From IMG/VR virus record IMGVR_UViG_3300044724_000778, positions 1 to 32,329 of that record: a DNA stretch of 32,329 nucleotides; one strand, 5' to 3'. A program made the position numbers and the translations under genes. Below are positions 7,865-17,397 of the stretch, in pieces (the stretch's first letter is position 1; each line of letters starts with the position of its first letter). This DNA is from a virus (taxonomy: Duplodnaviria; Caudoviricetes). The notes below the pieces were generated by a model, which saw only the letters and a list, made by a program, of their open reading frames with translations, was not told the origin of the DNA and ran no database searches.

Positions 7865-7870
7865 ATTATA
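7865..7870 (-). promoter_or_regulatory. TATAAT -10 box positioned for a leaderless transcript of the 745-aa gene
   Basis: Minus strand reads TATAAT-AATACG-ATG with no SD, immediately after a terminator. Confidence 0.5.
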
Positions 7871-7872
7871 TT

Positions 7873-7905
7873 AAAAAACCCAACCCAACAAACGCTGGGT
7901 TGGGC
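7873..7905 (-). terminator. Intrinsic terminator after tail tube gene
   Basis: Minus strand CCCAACCCA-loop-TGGGTTGGG followed by TTTTTT. Confidence 0.85.
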
Positions 7906-7925
7906 TAATGTGATCTAAACTACTG

Positions 7926-8531
7926 TCACTTGACGAGTAAGTAGTCGTATCTAAACTTCATGACAATGGTATCAAAGTCGTTGTTGGAGTAGTTCTTCTC
8001 CCCTCTACTGTAGCTCTTAGGGTAAAGACCTCTTAGCTCAATCTCTTGAGAAACTTCGTGGTTACCATTGAACTCAGTGATGATAGCAGAAGTCTTGTGG
8101 CGACGAACAAGTGAGTTGCCTGCACCACCGCCGACATTAGTAGTACCGTAGACGCCCTTGATTGGATCGAAGGCTGTTCTCATGTACTCGAATAGCAGAG
8201 CACCTTCCTTGGTCTCTAGAAGGTTATCAAATGTAACCTCTAGTTCTTCGTAGGAAGGACGCCCAGGGTAGTAAACCTTGTCGTTCATACGGTTTACTTC
8301 GATGTCTTGTAAGTTGACACCAATCCCTCGTATCTGCTTGGCTCCAAAGGTTAGTGGCTTTTGAACACTGCCAGGACCTCCAGTAGAGTTGAGAACATCA
8401 GCAGGGAGATCGAAAGTAATCTCCCATTGATAAGTCCTTACTGAGTCCAGCATGGTGGAAATCTCAGGAGTTTGAGACCTACCAGTCCCCGTAATATCTC
8501 TGTTTAGTTCAGTTCCGAAATAAGATGCCAT
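7926..8531 (-). CDS. gp19: Tail tube protein (gp19-like)
   Basis: Directly downstream of the sheath gene; KVYYPGRPSYEELEVTFD, LRGLYPKS, KFRYDY. Confidence 0.85.
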   Translation of the reverse strand: MASYFGTELNRDITGTGRSQTPEISTMLDSVRTYQWEITFDLPADVLNSTGGPGSVQKPLTFGAKQIRGIGVNLQDIEVNRMNDKVYYPGRPSYEELEVTFDNLLETKEGALLFEYMRTAFDPIKGVYGTTNVGGGAGNSLVRRHKTSAIITEFNGNHEVSQEIELRGLYPKSYSRGEKNYSNNDFDTIVMKFRYDYLLVK

Positions 8532-8546
8532 TTTTATTACCTCTTA

Positions 8547-10616
8547 TCAGCCTAGGTTAGCTGCTTGGTTGGTTAGGTTAAGCTCAAAGACAATAATCTC
8601 TGCTGCTTTGGTTGGTTTGAGTAAGACCTTACACCATAGCTCACTTCTGTCTATACGGACTGGAGTGTTGGTGGTTTCATCACAGATTACTTTGAACTCT
8701 GTAATACCTCTTCTTGTAACGATATCAGCTAGGATACCCTCAACAACTGCTGCGACTTGTTCCCAGGTTGCAGGATCGTGAGGCTCGAATACAAACTGCT
8801 GAGTAGAGTTGAGAAGGATCTTTCTGATGAGAATCATAAGTCTTCTAACATTGATTCTGTCTAGAGCAGTTGGTGTTCTCTGTGCAGTTCTTTGCCCAAA
8901 GATTGTTATACCTTGTTGTGGGAAGTTAACGATTGGGTTGATAGCGTTACCACCACTGTACATGTTGTCTCTATCGCCCTGACCAACATCTACCTCAACA
9001 TCTGTAGGCTTGGTTAGGCGACCTCTACGGAATCCAGCAGGAGCAAACCATGCGTCTGCTACGGAGTCAGTGAAGCACATCTGACGAATACCGTAGATAG
9101 CAGGGTCATACCACTTGTCCTTCTTCTCTATGTTGTCGTAGGTCTTAACCCAAGGCCAGAAGATAGCAGCGTAGCTGTTGTTGATAGCACTGGTTCTTTC
9201 AGTTGCAAGACCATTACTCCATTCTATAGCCTCTTGAACAGAGTCCTTACCATAAGGAGGAGAAACAACAGCAAGGAAGTTTTGTGATACTTCTGCTAAA
9301 GTAATCAGAGCATTCTGAACATTTTCATCATGAATGTCAGGAGTACAGGCGAGACTGATGTTAAGAATATCATAGTCTAGAGCATAGATACCCGTGTGGA
9401 GAGACTCCTCACCGATTATAGCTGCTTTGATATCATCAGTAATTCCTGATCCACCACTATTACCTCCAGCTAGATTGTAAGTTCCTTGAATTGGCTTAAC
9501 GAATCTTGGAGTAGCATCTACAACCACAGTTCCTGTAGTTCCTGATACAGCATCTACTTGGTTAATTCCTAGAGCGGTAATCTTGTTAGAGAAGTCTGCT
9601 AATTCGGTTGCTGGGAAATCAACACTGTTATCTATAAGGTTACCTTTAATAAAGTCTGAGGTAGTATCAACCTCACCAGTGTTGATTAAATCCTCAATGT
9701 AAGTTCCAGAACCAACAAGAGATACTACAAAGTTCTCAGTAGCTGCTCCCGCATCATTAATAGTAAGTCTAACATTCTTACCACCTAAAGGAGTAATCTC
9801 AACAGTGTTACCTAATACTCTACCAGCGGAATCAAGTCTGTAATTGTAGTCTGCTCCAGCGTAGAGAGACTCGACTAGATAAGCAAGGCTGTCACCACCT
9901 GTGGTATCAAAGGTCATACCTGAAACCACTATTGAACTTGCAGTGGTTGGATTAACATCACCAGTTTTATTAATTGAAGCAAGTGCTCCAGAAACCACTG
10001 AGTCTGGTCCAACAGTGTTAAAGTCTGCGGAAGAGGCACAAGTAACCTGCAATCGGCAGTTGACACCTGCAAACCTACTAACAAGGAAATCATTAGTTCC
10101 ATCATTCTGAATAGAAACTATACTTTGATCACCTCCAGTACCGATTACTTTACGAAGTGCTTCAGTCTGAGTGGGAGCGGTTCCAGCAGGAAGGGCGTAT
10201 ACTTTTGGAGTAGCAAATCCAGAAAGTCCTAGGTTGTCAGTCACTTGAACTCTTAAGTAAAGAGGCTCAGTAGATCCAAAGTCCAGTGAAGAAATACAGA
10301 CAGCAGGACAGGCTCCAAAAGGAATAGTGGCACTAGCGTCAGCTTTATCACCCTCAACAATGGCTCTAACGAAGTAAAGTGAGTTAGTAGCTTCAAGGAT
10401 CTCTAATGCAGCCTCAAGACCTTGACCCTCAAGGTCTTCGCTTGGCTTACCAAAGGTGTTGATAAGCTGCTCTTGGCTAGTGATAAGAGTTGCTTTGTTC
10501 TCTGGACCCTTACCAGCAAAACCGACAATACCTACGACTGAAGGGTTAAGGCTAACAGGGTAGTTTGAAATATCCTTCTCAAGGACATAGACTCCGGGGC
10601 TTACATAACTAGGCAT
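8547..10616 (-). CDS. gp18: Contractile tail sheath protein (gp18-like)
   Basis: YVSPGVYVLEKD, FAGKGP, WFAPAGFRRG, INPIVNFP...FGQRT, DRINVRRL, FVFEP, LKPTKAAE. Confidence 0.97.
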   Translation of the reverse strand: MPSYVSPGVYVLEKDISNYPVSLNPSVVGIVGFAGKGPENKATLITSQEQLINTFGKPSEDLEGQGLEAALEILEATNSLYFVRAIVEGDKADASATIPFGACPAVCISSLDFGSTEPLYLRVQVTDNLGLSGFATPKVYALPAGTAPTQTEALRKVIGTGGDQSIVSIQNDGTNDFLVSRFAGVNCRLQVTCASSADFNTVGPDSVVSGALASINKTGDVNPTTASSIVVSGMTFDTTGGDSLAYLVESLYAGADYNYRLDSAGRVLGNTVEITPLGGKNVRLTINDAGAATENFVVSLVGSGTYIEDLINTGEVDTTSDFIKGNLIDNSVDFPATELADFSNKITALGINQVDAVSGTTGTVVVDATPRFVKPIQGTYNLAGGNSGGSGITDDIKAAIIGEESLHTGIYALDYDILNISLACTPDIHDENVQNALITLAEVSQNFLAVVSPPYGKDSVQEAIEWSNGLATERTSAINNSYAAIFWPWVKTYDNIEKKDKWYDPAIYGIRQMCFTDSVADAWFAPAGFRRGRLTKPTDVEVDVGQGDRDNMYSGGNAINPIVNFPQQGITIFGQRTAQRTPTALDRINVRRLMILIRKILLNSTQQFVFEPHDPATWEQVAAVVEGILADIVTRRGITEFKVICDETTNTPVRIDRSELWCKVLLKPTKAAEIIVFELNLTNQAANLG

Positions 10617-10626
10617 AATTTAGACC

Positions 10627-10803
10627 TCACGCATTTGAAATTTTTAATAGCCTTCTACGGGCCATTGTTCTGATTTGATCAGAAATGTATGTTTCTGGAA
10701 CTACAACAGTTTTTCTAGGCTTGAGTCGGAAAGACTGTGGACCTTTCTCCGTTTGAAAGAAGATGCTAAAACTCTGTAGGCTTTTGTTTGTAATGGATTT
10801 CAT
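10627..10803 (-). CDS. Small basic hypothetical protein (58 aa), below the ORF-track cutoff
   Basis: AGGAG SD then ATG; translates MKSITNKSLQSFSIFFQTEKGPQSFRLKPRKTVVVPETYISDQIRTMARRRLLKISNA. Its stop overlaps the SD (GAGG) of the sheath gene. Confidence 0.75.
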   Translation of the reverse strand: MKSITNKSLQSFSIFFQTEKGPQSFRLKPRKTVVVPETYISDQIRTMARRRLLKISNA

Positions 10804-10853
10804 GATCGTCTCCTAATATAGTTAGAGGTCCTAAGCCCTTTTTTTATATATTT

Positions 10854-11588
10854 TTACTCTAGAAATTGGGACTCGATGACGATCTCCTCAATTCTACCAG
10901 TGTTAGTAACCCTGAATCTAGGGCTTGGAATATAGGTTTGGATCTCTATAAAGAACCCTTTTCTTATAAGACGGTCCTCTCTATCGCTAACCTCAACCAC
11001 AGAGTTATCAGTCTCATCGGAGAGGAAACATGTGACATTAGTTGAAAAAGGAGTCTTAAGTTCAAAAGATGGATTGAACTTGTTTCTTACAAGCGCCGCT
11101 ATCTGATCCATATCGGAGACATAACGAGTCCACACATTTAAAAGATAACTTAACTTGACAGGGACATCTGGGAAGGCGAGAACTCTTTCCGCTCTTTGAG
11201 TGTCTTCATTCCATCTAGAACTATGAACCACTAGGCTATCAAACCTTCTACGATCCACATCGTTCTGTACATTGTATTGGAAGACTGTTGCATAAGGTAG
11301 AATTATATTATTCTCTTGGAACTTCTTGGCTACTGCTCTATCCTGTCTTCCGTGGTGAAGTTTAATATCAACAGGTTCTCCTCGGCTATCAACATACCTG
11401 AGTTTTAACTGAGAAATCAAAGCTCTAAGCATCTCCTTGTACACAGTAGGCTTATAGTTTGATTTGTCTACAGCGTCAGTAACCATGTCATAAAATAACT
11501 GCCTAGCACTTCTACCCCCTTCTGGAATAGAAGAGGTAGAAGTAAGGTACTCATTAAATGTACCCTTAAAAGTATCTGTATCACTCAA
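10854..11588 (-). CDS. gp15: Tail terminator / sheath stabiliser (gp15-like)
   Basis: ILPY...DVDRRR...VPVKLSYLLNVWTRYVSDMDQI...FNP pattern; follows gp13 and gp14. Confidence 0.7.
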   Translation of the reverse strand: MSDTDTFKGTFNEYLTSTSSIPEGGRSARQLFYDMVTDAVDKSNYKPTVYKEMLRALISQLKLRYVDSRGEPVDIKLHHGRQDRAVAKKFQENNIILPYATVFQYNVQNDVDRRRFDSLVVHSSRWNEDTQRAERVLAFPDVPVKLSYLLNVWTRYVSDMDQIAALVRNKFNPSFELKTPFSTNVTCFLSDETDNSVVEVSDREDRLIRKGFFIEIQTYIPSPRFRVTNTGRIEEIVIESQFLE

Positions 11589-12144
11589 GATCTATGTATC
11601 CTCCTAGGTCATCTGCTACATCAGATACCTCTTGGTTGACAACATCCTCGCTCTCGCGGAGAAGTTTAGCTGTGCATAGAATGTGGTATACTCCGTACAT
11701 CTCGAAGCTATCTTCCTGCACCTCAATGATCTCATACTTTTGTTTCTGGAACTCTGGTGTAATCTGATCACCTATCTGAGGAGATCTATTGAGCATCTTC
11801 TCAATGTAAGACTTGTTGAAGATGAACATCTGATCGTTCGTTAGCTCTATACCAAAGTTAGATAGTGTCTCCTGTATGACAGAAGGTTCGTAGTGACCAT
11901 ATACAAGCACAGATTCAGAAGCAACCGTCTTATTCGCAGCCTCTAGATAAACCTCATCATACTGCTCTTCGACATAAGATTTAAAGTAGTGTAGAGGAGA
12001 TCCTGATATACGAATAAGCTCATCATCAATAAGATTGAAGAGGTTTACATCTGGGTTATTAGGATCATAAAAAGATAAAGGAGTACCCCCCTGTAACTCA
12101 GGAAGGTTATCCATTTGTCTACGAACTTTGAATCTCTTTGCCAT
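11581..12144 (-). CDS. gp14: Neck protein (gp14-like)
   Basis: DELIRISG, DEVYLE, LSNFGIELTND...F, PQIGDQI...YEIIEV...F; position after gp13. Confidence 0.78.
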   Translation of the reverse strand: MAKRFKVRRQMDNLPELQGGTPLSFYDPNNPDVNLFNLIDDELIRISGSPLHYFKSYVEEQYDEVYLEAANKTVASESVLVYGHYEPSVIQETLSNFGIELTNDQMFIFNKSYIEKMLNRSPQIGDQITPEFQKQKYEIIEVQEDSFEMYGVYHILCTAKLLRESEDVVNQEVSDVADDLGGYIDLE

Positions 12145-13016
12145 CAGCCTGTAGTAAACATGGGAGGTTCTTCAACCTCATTCATTAGCTCCTCTTTAAG
12201 TTCTTTCTTCTCTTGAGCAGCTTGTTGTTGTAATGCAGCACCGTTAAGTTGTGTTCCTCCACCAGGACCAGGAACCACAGTAAACTTACCCCTTACCTGA
12301 CCTAGTATCTCCTTAGCACAAGCCATGGCATACTTCTTTAGCCAGTTCTTCATCTTAGGAGTAATTGTTCTAGAGTTTATACCTCTGTACTCTAATATTG
12401 CTAAATCATTTACAGCAGGTATGGGATACAATTGAAGGAACTGTCCGTCTATAACATCCCACCCTCCATCTTGTCCTAACACTCTACGAGTTGTTTCCAT
12501 CGTAGACTGTAGAAGATAGTAATCGCCTATTGTAAAGTTATCAAATAGATAGTTATCTTGGAAATACTTAATGAAGAAGTCGAACTCTAATGTACCAGCC
12601 TGAGATTGAATACTGAGAAGAGTCTTCTTGAAGGTTACATAGGTTAAGTTTCTAAGAATATACTTAGGTATCCCATATAGGTTATTACCAGCAACGGTTT
12701 CAAAGACAGCAATCTGTTTTGTAAACTGTGGAGCATGGTAATCAAGCTCAGTCATAGCTTCATCTATACTGGTCTTAATTTGGAAATCAGTTAACTCTAC
12801 ACGAACTACAGGATGACCTAAATGAGCAAGGATATAGTCCCTTATCTGTTGCTCAAAGTTACTGAACTCAACTACATCTGTCTCGTTCAATTCTCCTAAT
12901 GTTTCTAGATCAATGTCTTCCTTGAAAGGAGGACTATGATCATGGAGCATTTGGCTAGGTACATCGGTGAAGCTATTTCCGTAGCTATTCACCTTGGGGT
13001 AGATTATTGTTGCCAC
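12144..13016 (-). CDS. gp13: Neck protein (gp13-like)
   Basis: DYILAHLGHPVVRVELTDFQI, WLKKYAMACAKEILGQVRGKF...PGPGGGTQLNG; GTG start after GGAG. Confidence 0.88.
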   Translation of the reverse strand: MATIIYPKVNSYGNSFTDVPSQMLHDHSPPFKEDIDLETLGELNETDVVEFSNFEQQIRDYILAHLGHPVVRVELTDFQIKTSIDEAMTELDYHAPQFTKQIAVFETVAGNNLYGIPKYILRNLTYVTFKKTLLSIQSQAGTLEFDFFIKYFQDNYLFDNFTIGDYYLLQSTMETTRRVLGQDGGWDVIDGQFLQLYPIPAVNDLAILEYRGINSRTITPKMKNWLKKYAMACAKEILGQVRGKFTVVPGPGGGTQLNGAALQQQAAQEKKELKEELMNEVEEPPMFTTG

Positions 13017-13191
13017 TTCTTCTTCTCCGGGGTTTCTTTGGTGTTGGTGGCTCTGGTTCTATTAACTTGAGATTTGAATTTTTAAGTTGAGTTTCAGACT
13101 CGATAATCTGATTTGGTCTCACTTCTACAAAGGTATCATCAAGTATAATTAGAACTGGAAACCTTGAAGTGCTTCTATACTTATACTTCAT
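12985..13191 (-). CDS. Small hypothetical protein (68 aa) with basic tail
   Basis: Fills the gap between the capsid terminator and gp13, overlapping the gp13 start by 32 nt. Confidence 0.6.
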   Translation of the reverse strand: MKYKYRSTSRFPVLIILDDTFVEVRPNQIIESETQLKNSNLKLIEPEPPTPKKPRRRRSGNNNLPQGE

Positions 13192-13212
13192 AAGTATATA
13201 TAGCCTCTAAAT

Positions 13213-13253
13213 AAAAAAAATGCCCACTCCCCTAACTTTTGAGGAGTGGGCAT
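13213..13253 (-). terminator. Intrinsic terminator after major capsid gene
   Basis: 11-bp stem ATGCCCACTCC/GGAGTGGGCAT followed on the minus strand by a T run. Confidence 0.9.
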
Positions 13254-13270
13254 CGTTTAGTTACCTACAA

Positions 13271-14818
13271 TCAGGGGGTGGGCATAGTATTACCAATACC
13301 AGCAGTAATACCATCAGTTCCGACCATGCGAATCACGCGATAGAAGCGTGAGGCAGGAGCAACAGCTACCTTACCGTAACGGGTAAGGATGCCCTTTCTG
13401 GGCTGGAAGCTCTCAGGATCGGTGATAGTGGGTAGGGCCTGGAATGGGATGTATGGAGCGTAAACGAATCCACCGTCCATTGGGCTAGAACCCTTGTAAC
13501 CCATCATTAGCTCACCCTCTGGGTAGAGAGGATCGACATAAAGGTCGTAGCGACCCATGAACTTACCACGGAACTGAATAGTACCAGGACCAAAGTTAGT
13601 TGGGGAGTCAGAAGCCTCGATGCCACCAGTAAGTCTTGCAGCAGTCTCAAGAAGAGTAGCCATAATAGGAGCACAGATAATCCAGTTACCAGAACCACGC
13701 TGAGTGGTCTTGTAAATGTCCTGTGATGCATAGTTTATGGTAGCAAGCAGGTTGGCATACTTGTCCCCGATGTGGCGAGGAGCGAAGCTATCAAAGGCAG
13801 CGTTGTTGAAGTCGAATAAGAAAACATTACGACCAATACTGTAAGTGCCAGGGATACCAGGAATGGGGCTAGAAGCAGTGGGGGCTGTAGTGCTATCAGG
13901 AGCAAAAAGGAACCCACTGAAAGTAGAGTCAGCAGCAGGTGCAAAGTTACCCATCTGGCTCTGGTTGGTGGCTTGATCAAGCATGTCTTTGTTGAAGAGG
14001 TCGCCAACAGTACCAGTTAGATCGTAAGCAAGACCACGAAGGTTCTCGATAAGCTCACGGTCAACCTCTAGACGAATCTCCTTACCAAGAAGATCAGTAA
14101 GCTCGCGCTCAAGATCTAGGTTGTGGTAAGCCTTAAGGTCTTGTGAAGCCTCAAGGGTCCAGAGGGCACGCATTTTCTTGGTGCGTGCAATGACAGGCTG
14201 CTGCTCGATGTGCATGGTGACCTCTGGGATTGAAGACCCAGCAAGTCTTTCACCAGCAGAAACTGACCAGCCTTGAGCGAAGGCACCGTCAGGCCATCCA
14301 GCAATGCTAGAAGCCATGTTGTGACCAGTAGCAAAAGGTTGGTTAAGGGCAGATGCACCAAAAGCCTGAGAATTAGAAAGTCTCTCTAATTGCTCGTCAG
14401 AACTGGTGCCTAGTCCCTTGAATCCAGGCTCACCAGTTACTCTACCACGGTAGGTAAGCTGGTACTTGCTGTAGAGGTTCTGACGGTCGGAACCGTAGAC
14501 TCTAGCAGAGCCAAGGTAGAAGACCTGTGAGACAGGACCTGTCATTGGCTGAACGCTAACAAGGTTGTTAGCAATTAGTTCGGGGAATACCCGGCGAACG
14601 AGAGGGAATGCAAACTTCTGGAAAGTACCAATGCTACCAACAGTAGTAGTGCCAGGACCATAAGCGGCTTCGTCAATACGATCCTCTTGGGCTGACTTAA
14701 GTTGGTTCTCCAGTAGTTGTGCAGTTACTCTCTTGGTATAATCGTTTTCGATGCCGTCAACGGCAGGACCCCACTTGGAGACTAGCTCGTCCGATGCACC
14801 CATTTCCATAATATCCAT
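13271..14818 (-). CDS. gp23: Major capsid protein (gp23-like)
   Basis: LLENQ, PLVRRVFPELIA...VSVQPMTGP, ARTKKMRALWTLEASQDLKAYH, YAPYIP, DPESFQPRKGILTRYG; AAGGAG SD. Confidence 0.98.
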   Translation of the reverse strand: MDIMEMGASDELVSKWGPAVDGIENDYTKRVTAQLLENQLKSAQEDRIDEAAYGPGTTTVGSIGTFQKFAFPLVRRVFPELIANNLVSVQPMTGPVSQVFYLGSARVYGSDRQNLYSKYQLTYRGRVTGEPGFKGLGTSSDEQLERLSNSQAFGASALNQPFATGHNMASSIAGWPDGAFAQGWSVSAGERLAGSSIPEVTMHIEQQPVIARTKKMRALWTLEASQDLKAYHNLDLERELTDLLGKEIRLEVDRELIENLRGLAYDLTGTVGDLFNKDMLDQATNQSQMGNFAPAADSTFSGFLFAPDSTTAPTASSPIPGIPGTYSIGRNVFLFDFNNAAFDSFAPRHIGDKYANLLATINYASQDIYKTTQRGSGNWIICAPIMATLLETAARLTGGIEASDSPTNFGPGTIQFRGKFMGRYDLYVDPLYPEGELMMGYKGSSPMDGGFVYAPYIPFQALPTITDPESFQPRKGILTRYGKVAVAPASRFYRVIRMVGTDGITAGIGNTMPTP

Positions 14819-14844
14819 AACTACAACTCCTTAAAGTTATAAGC

Positions 14845-15468
14845 TCATCGCATAAGCTTGAGCATTTCTTCGGTTAAGAACTGATTCCCTATACTTTCCA
14901 GTTGTTCATCCTCAACCTCTTCGTCTACATTGTTAGTAACGACTATAGCCTGCTCAGTAGACTCAAACAGCATAGTCTCTTTTTCCTCTGTTAGATTCAC
15001 AACGCTTTCGTTTAGAGATTGAATATCTCTATCACGCTTGGCGACTTTAGATTCTAACAGTTGGATTGTTTTAGCAAGACGCTCTTGCTCACGAAGTGAC
15101 TCAGAAAGCTCACGGGCAAGGACTTCATTGTCCTCTACAAGCTCAGTAGCCTCTGACAATCTCTTCTCGCTCTCAGCATCAACATGCTCAGGACGGAACT
15201 CGACAGCCATGTAACCCATTAGCTCACGGAATCTTTGTGCGTCACGGTAAACATCGTTAGACTCATGAAGTTCCTCAAGGGCTGCTTCCTGAATCTGCTG
15301 ACGCTTCATGGATAGGTAAGCGAAAACCTTATCGTTAAGTTCACTTACTTCCTCTTGTACTCTTTGCTCGATTAAATCCTGCATGACACTTGCAATCTCA
15401 AGAACAGTTTCTTCAGTGATGCCTTCAGGAAGTAAATCAGCGATGCTATCTATTTTCTTTTTATCCAT
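14845..15468 (-). CDS. gp22: Prohead core scaffold protein (gp22-like)
   Basis: Acidic coiled-coil protein between protease and capsid genes with many LxE sites; GGAG SD. Confidence 0.75.
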   Translation of the reverse strand: MDKKKIDSIADLLPEGITEETVLEIASVMQDLIEQRVQEEVSELNDKVFAYLSMKRQQIQEAALEELHESNDVYRDAQRFRELMGYMAVEFRPEHVDAESEKRLSEATELVEDNEVLARELSESLREQERLAKTIQLLESKVAKRDRDIQSLNESVVNLTEEKETMLFESTEQAIVVTNNVDEEVEDEQLESIGNQFLTEEMLKLMR

Positions 15469-15489
15469 GATTGTACTCCAATCTATTGT

Positions 15490-15510
15490 TATCTATACTC
15501 TTATTATAGA
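15490..15510 (-). promoter_or_regulatory. Candidate promoter for scaffold/capsid genes (TATAAT and T4-late-like TATAGATA)
   Basis: Minus strand CTATAATAAGAGTATAGATA in the gap upstream of gp22. Confidence 0.45.
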
Positions 15511-15525
15511 GGTGTTCGTTTTTTA

Positions 15526-17397
15526 CTAGTTTTTCTTTCCCTTCTTCTTAGCAGGCTTCTTAGCAGGCTTCTTAGGTCGAGGTGCTCCAATACCAGGATC
15601 TTCACCTCGCCCCATTTGACCCATAGCTCTCCTAGCAAACTCCTCTGGGGTTTCGTCCTTCTCCGATAGCAGGGCGACAAGTCGGTTCATAAGATTTCTT
15701 TCAACCATTGCTGCTTGAGAAGTAGTTAAATTAACCTTCTTACCTGTCTTACGCTCTCTTCTTGCGATTGATGCTCTAAGTTTATCACGATCAACGCCTT
15801 CTTTTCTATCAGATGTTGCTCCAACTCCAGCACCAAAAGCACCTTCTTTACTAGCCTGAGCCTTAGCCCTTCCCTTAATACCACCTTTGGCCTTATCAAA
15901 TTCCTTTCTTCCTTGTATCTCTTTAGCCTCTTTATTCTTGGTATCTTGAGCCTTTTTAGCAGCAGCCTCCTGACCTTTCATAGCTCCTTGAGTTTTGAGG
16001 TTGTCACCAGCCATGGCACCTAAAGCTTTACTCTTGGTGGCATCACCTTTCTTATTGGTCATGCCTTTTTGAGATTCCTTGTTTTTCTGGAAAACAGAGT
16101 CTAAGGCTTTCTTCTTTGTATCAGGCTTAGGTGCAGTATCAGGCTTAGGTGCAGTATCAGGCTTAGGTGCAGTATCAGGCTTAGGTGCAGTATCAGGCTT
16201 GGTCTTAGGCTTCTTTGCATCCTCACCAGACTTACCTCTATTCTGCATGGCCCCTGCGATGTAGCCAACACCTTTTACGGCTCCTTTAATAGCTTTCTTA
16301 GCTAGGTCATACCCTGCACGACCTACATTCTTTAATCCTGCTTTAGTGTCTCTGTATACTGCTCTAGTTCCTTTGATACCTGCGGCTAGAGCACTACGAG
16401 CAATACTTTCAGAAAGCTGCTCAGAAAGCACACCTTCTTCAGAAAGCATCATTCCTAATCTAGGGAATACAACTTCGGTATTTTCAAAGACTCCACGCTT
16501 ACGCTTATTTCTTTTATCAGGAGACATGTTTGCGGTCTCTACTTCAAAATCTTTTTGAGCTTTAAGGGCTTTGGCTGAATCACTTTCTCCTAGGATAGCA
16601 CCTATATGAGCAAATAGTGTAGAAGAATCTTCTCTTGCAACTTTCTTAGTCTTCATCTTCTGTCCTGGTTTTGGAATAACGCCTCTGCCCATGAGGACAT
16701 CAGCCTTAGTTATCTTGCCATCACGGCTGAAATCAGGTAAGCCACCTTTTGTTTTCTTAGCAGGCTTCTTCTTGGATCTTTTCATCTTGGCTTCGTTAAG
16801 AGTTTCCTCAAGAAGAGTGCTGAATACTTTCTCCTTTGTAACCTTAGGAAGCACATCGTTAAGAATCTCCTCAACTAACATGCTGTTAAGGTTGGTGCTC
16901 TCAGAAAGACCAGGGAAAGCACCACGGGTTGAAGGATCAGCAACAAGGTCCCAGGTGATAAGGCGGAAGTCCTCGTTGACATAACGCTTACCGTCCTGAC
17001 CTTCGGAGAGAGTGCCCATGCCGCGTGAAGAGATACCTACCTGAACACCACCTTCGATAAGTGCCTTGGCAACCTTACCCATAGGAGTGTCTAGAATCTC
17101 AGCCTCACCGATGATCTCATTACCTCTAGCCTCAAGCTTGGTGATAAGGTGAGAAACATTGGAGAGCTTGACGCTATCGTGCTGAGGGTGATCAAGCTCG
17201 CCCATAAGTCTACGATTCTTCATAGACTCAGCTAACTTGGTTATCTCACGCTCAAGTAATGCCTTAGGGTAGATACGGCCATTGTTGTTCTCCTCGTCTG
17301 CACGCTGGAAAACACCACGAACTTTCATGGGGCCAGTCTTACCTTCATTAATGACCTGTAAGTTTTCAATAATAAATACATCTTCGATTAACATCAC
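15526..17397 (-). CDS. gp21: Prohead protease (gp21-like) with a ~450-aa basic C-terminal extension
   Basis: GVFQRAD..NNNGRIYP, GELDHP, VSHLI, ILDTPMG, GISSRGMG and WDLVADPS all in the first ~165 aa. Confidence 0.93.
   Translation of the reverse strand: MMLIEDVFIIENLQVINEGKTGPMKVRGVFQRADEENNNGRIYPKALLEREITKLAESMKNRRLMGELDHPQHDSVKLSNVSHLITKLEARGNEIIGEAEILDTPMGKVAKALIEGGVQVGISSRGMGTLSEGQDGKRYVNEDFRLITWDLVADPSTRGAFPGLSESTNLNSMLVEEILNDVLPKVTKEKVFSTLLEETLNEAKMKRSKKKPAKKTKGGLPDFSRDGKITKADVLMGRGVIPKPGQKMKTKKVAREDSSTLFAHIGAILGESDSAKALKAQKDFEVETANMSPDKRNKRKRGVFENTEVVFPRLGMMLSEEGVLSEQLSESIARSALAAGIKGTRAVYRDTKAGLKNVGRAGYDLAKKAIKGAVKGVGYIAGAMQNRGKSGEDAKKPKTKPDTAPKPDTAPKPDTAPKPDTAPKPDTKKKALDSVFQKNKESQKGMTNKKGDATKSKALGAMAGDNLKTQGAMKGQEAAAKKAQDTKNKEAKEIQGRKEFDKAKGGIKGRAKAQASKEGAFGAGVGATSDRKEGVDRDKLRASIARRERKTGKKVNLTTSQAAMVERNLMNRLVALLSEKDETPEEFARRAMGQMGRGEDPGIGAPRPKKPAKKPAKKKGKKN
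15544..15576. repeat. 12-bp coding tandem repeat (KKPA x ~2.7)
   Basis: cttcttagcagg twice plus cttcttagg. Confidence 0.8.
16118..16200. repeat. Perfect 18-bp coding tandem repeat, 4.6 copies (encodes APKPDT)
   Basis: gtatcaggcttaggtgca x4 plus gtatcaggctt. Confidence 0.97.

Noticed and set aside
13204-13213. Plus-strand CCTCTAAATA as an antisense late promoter; CCTCTA also seen in two other gaps
   Set aside because: It overlaps the terminator A-tract and is too short and AT-rich to support.
16118-16200. CRISPR-like array
   Set aside because: Direct tandem repeats without spacers, in frame within a CDS.
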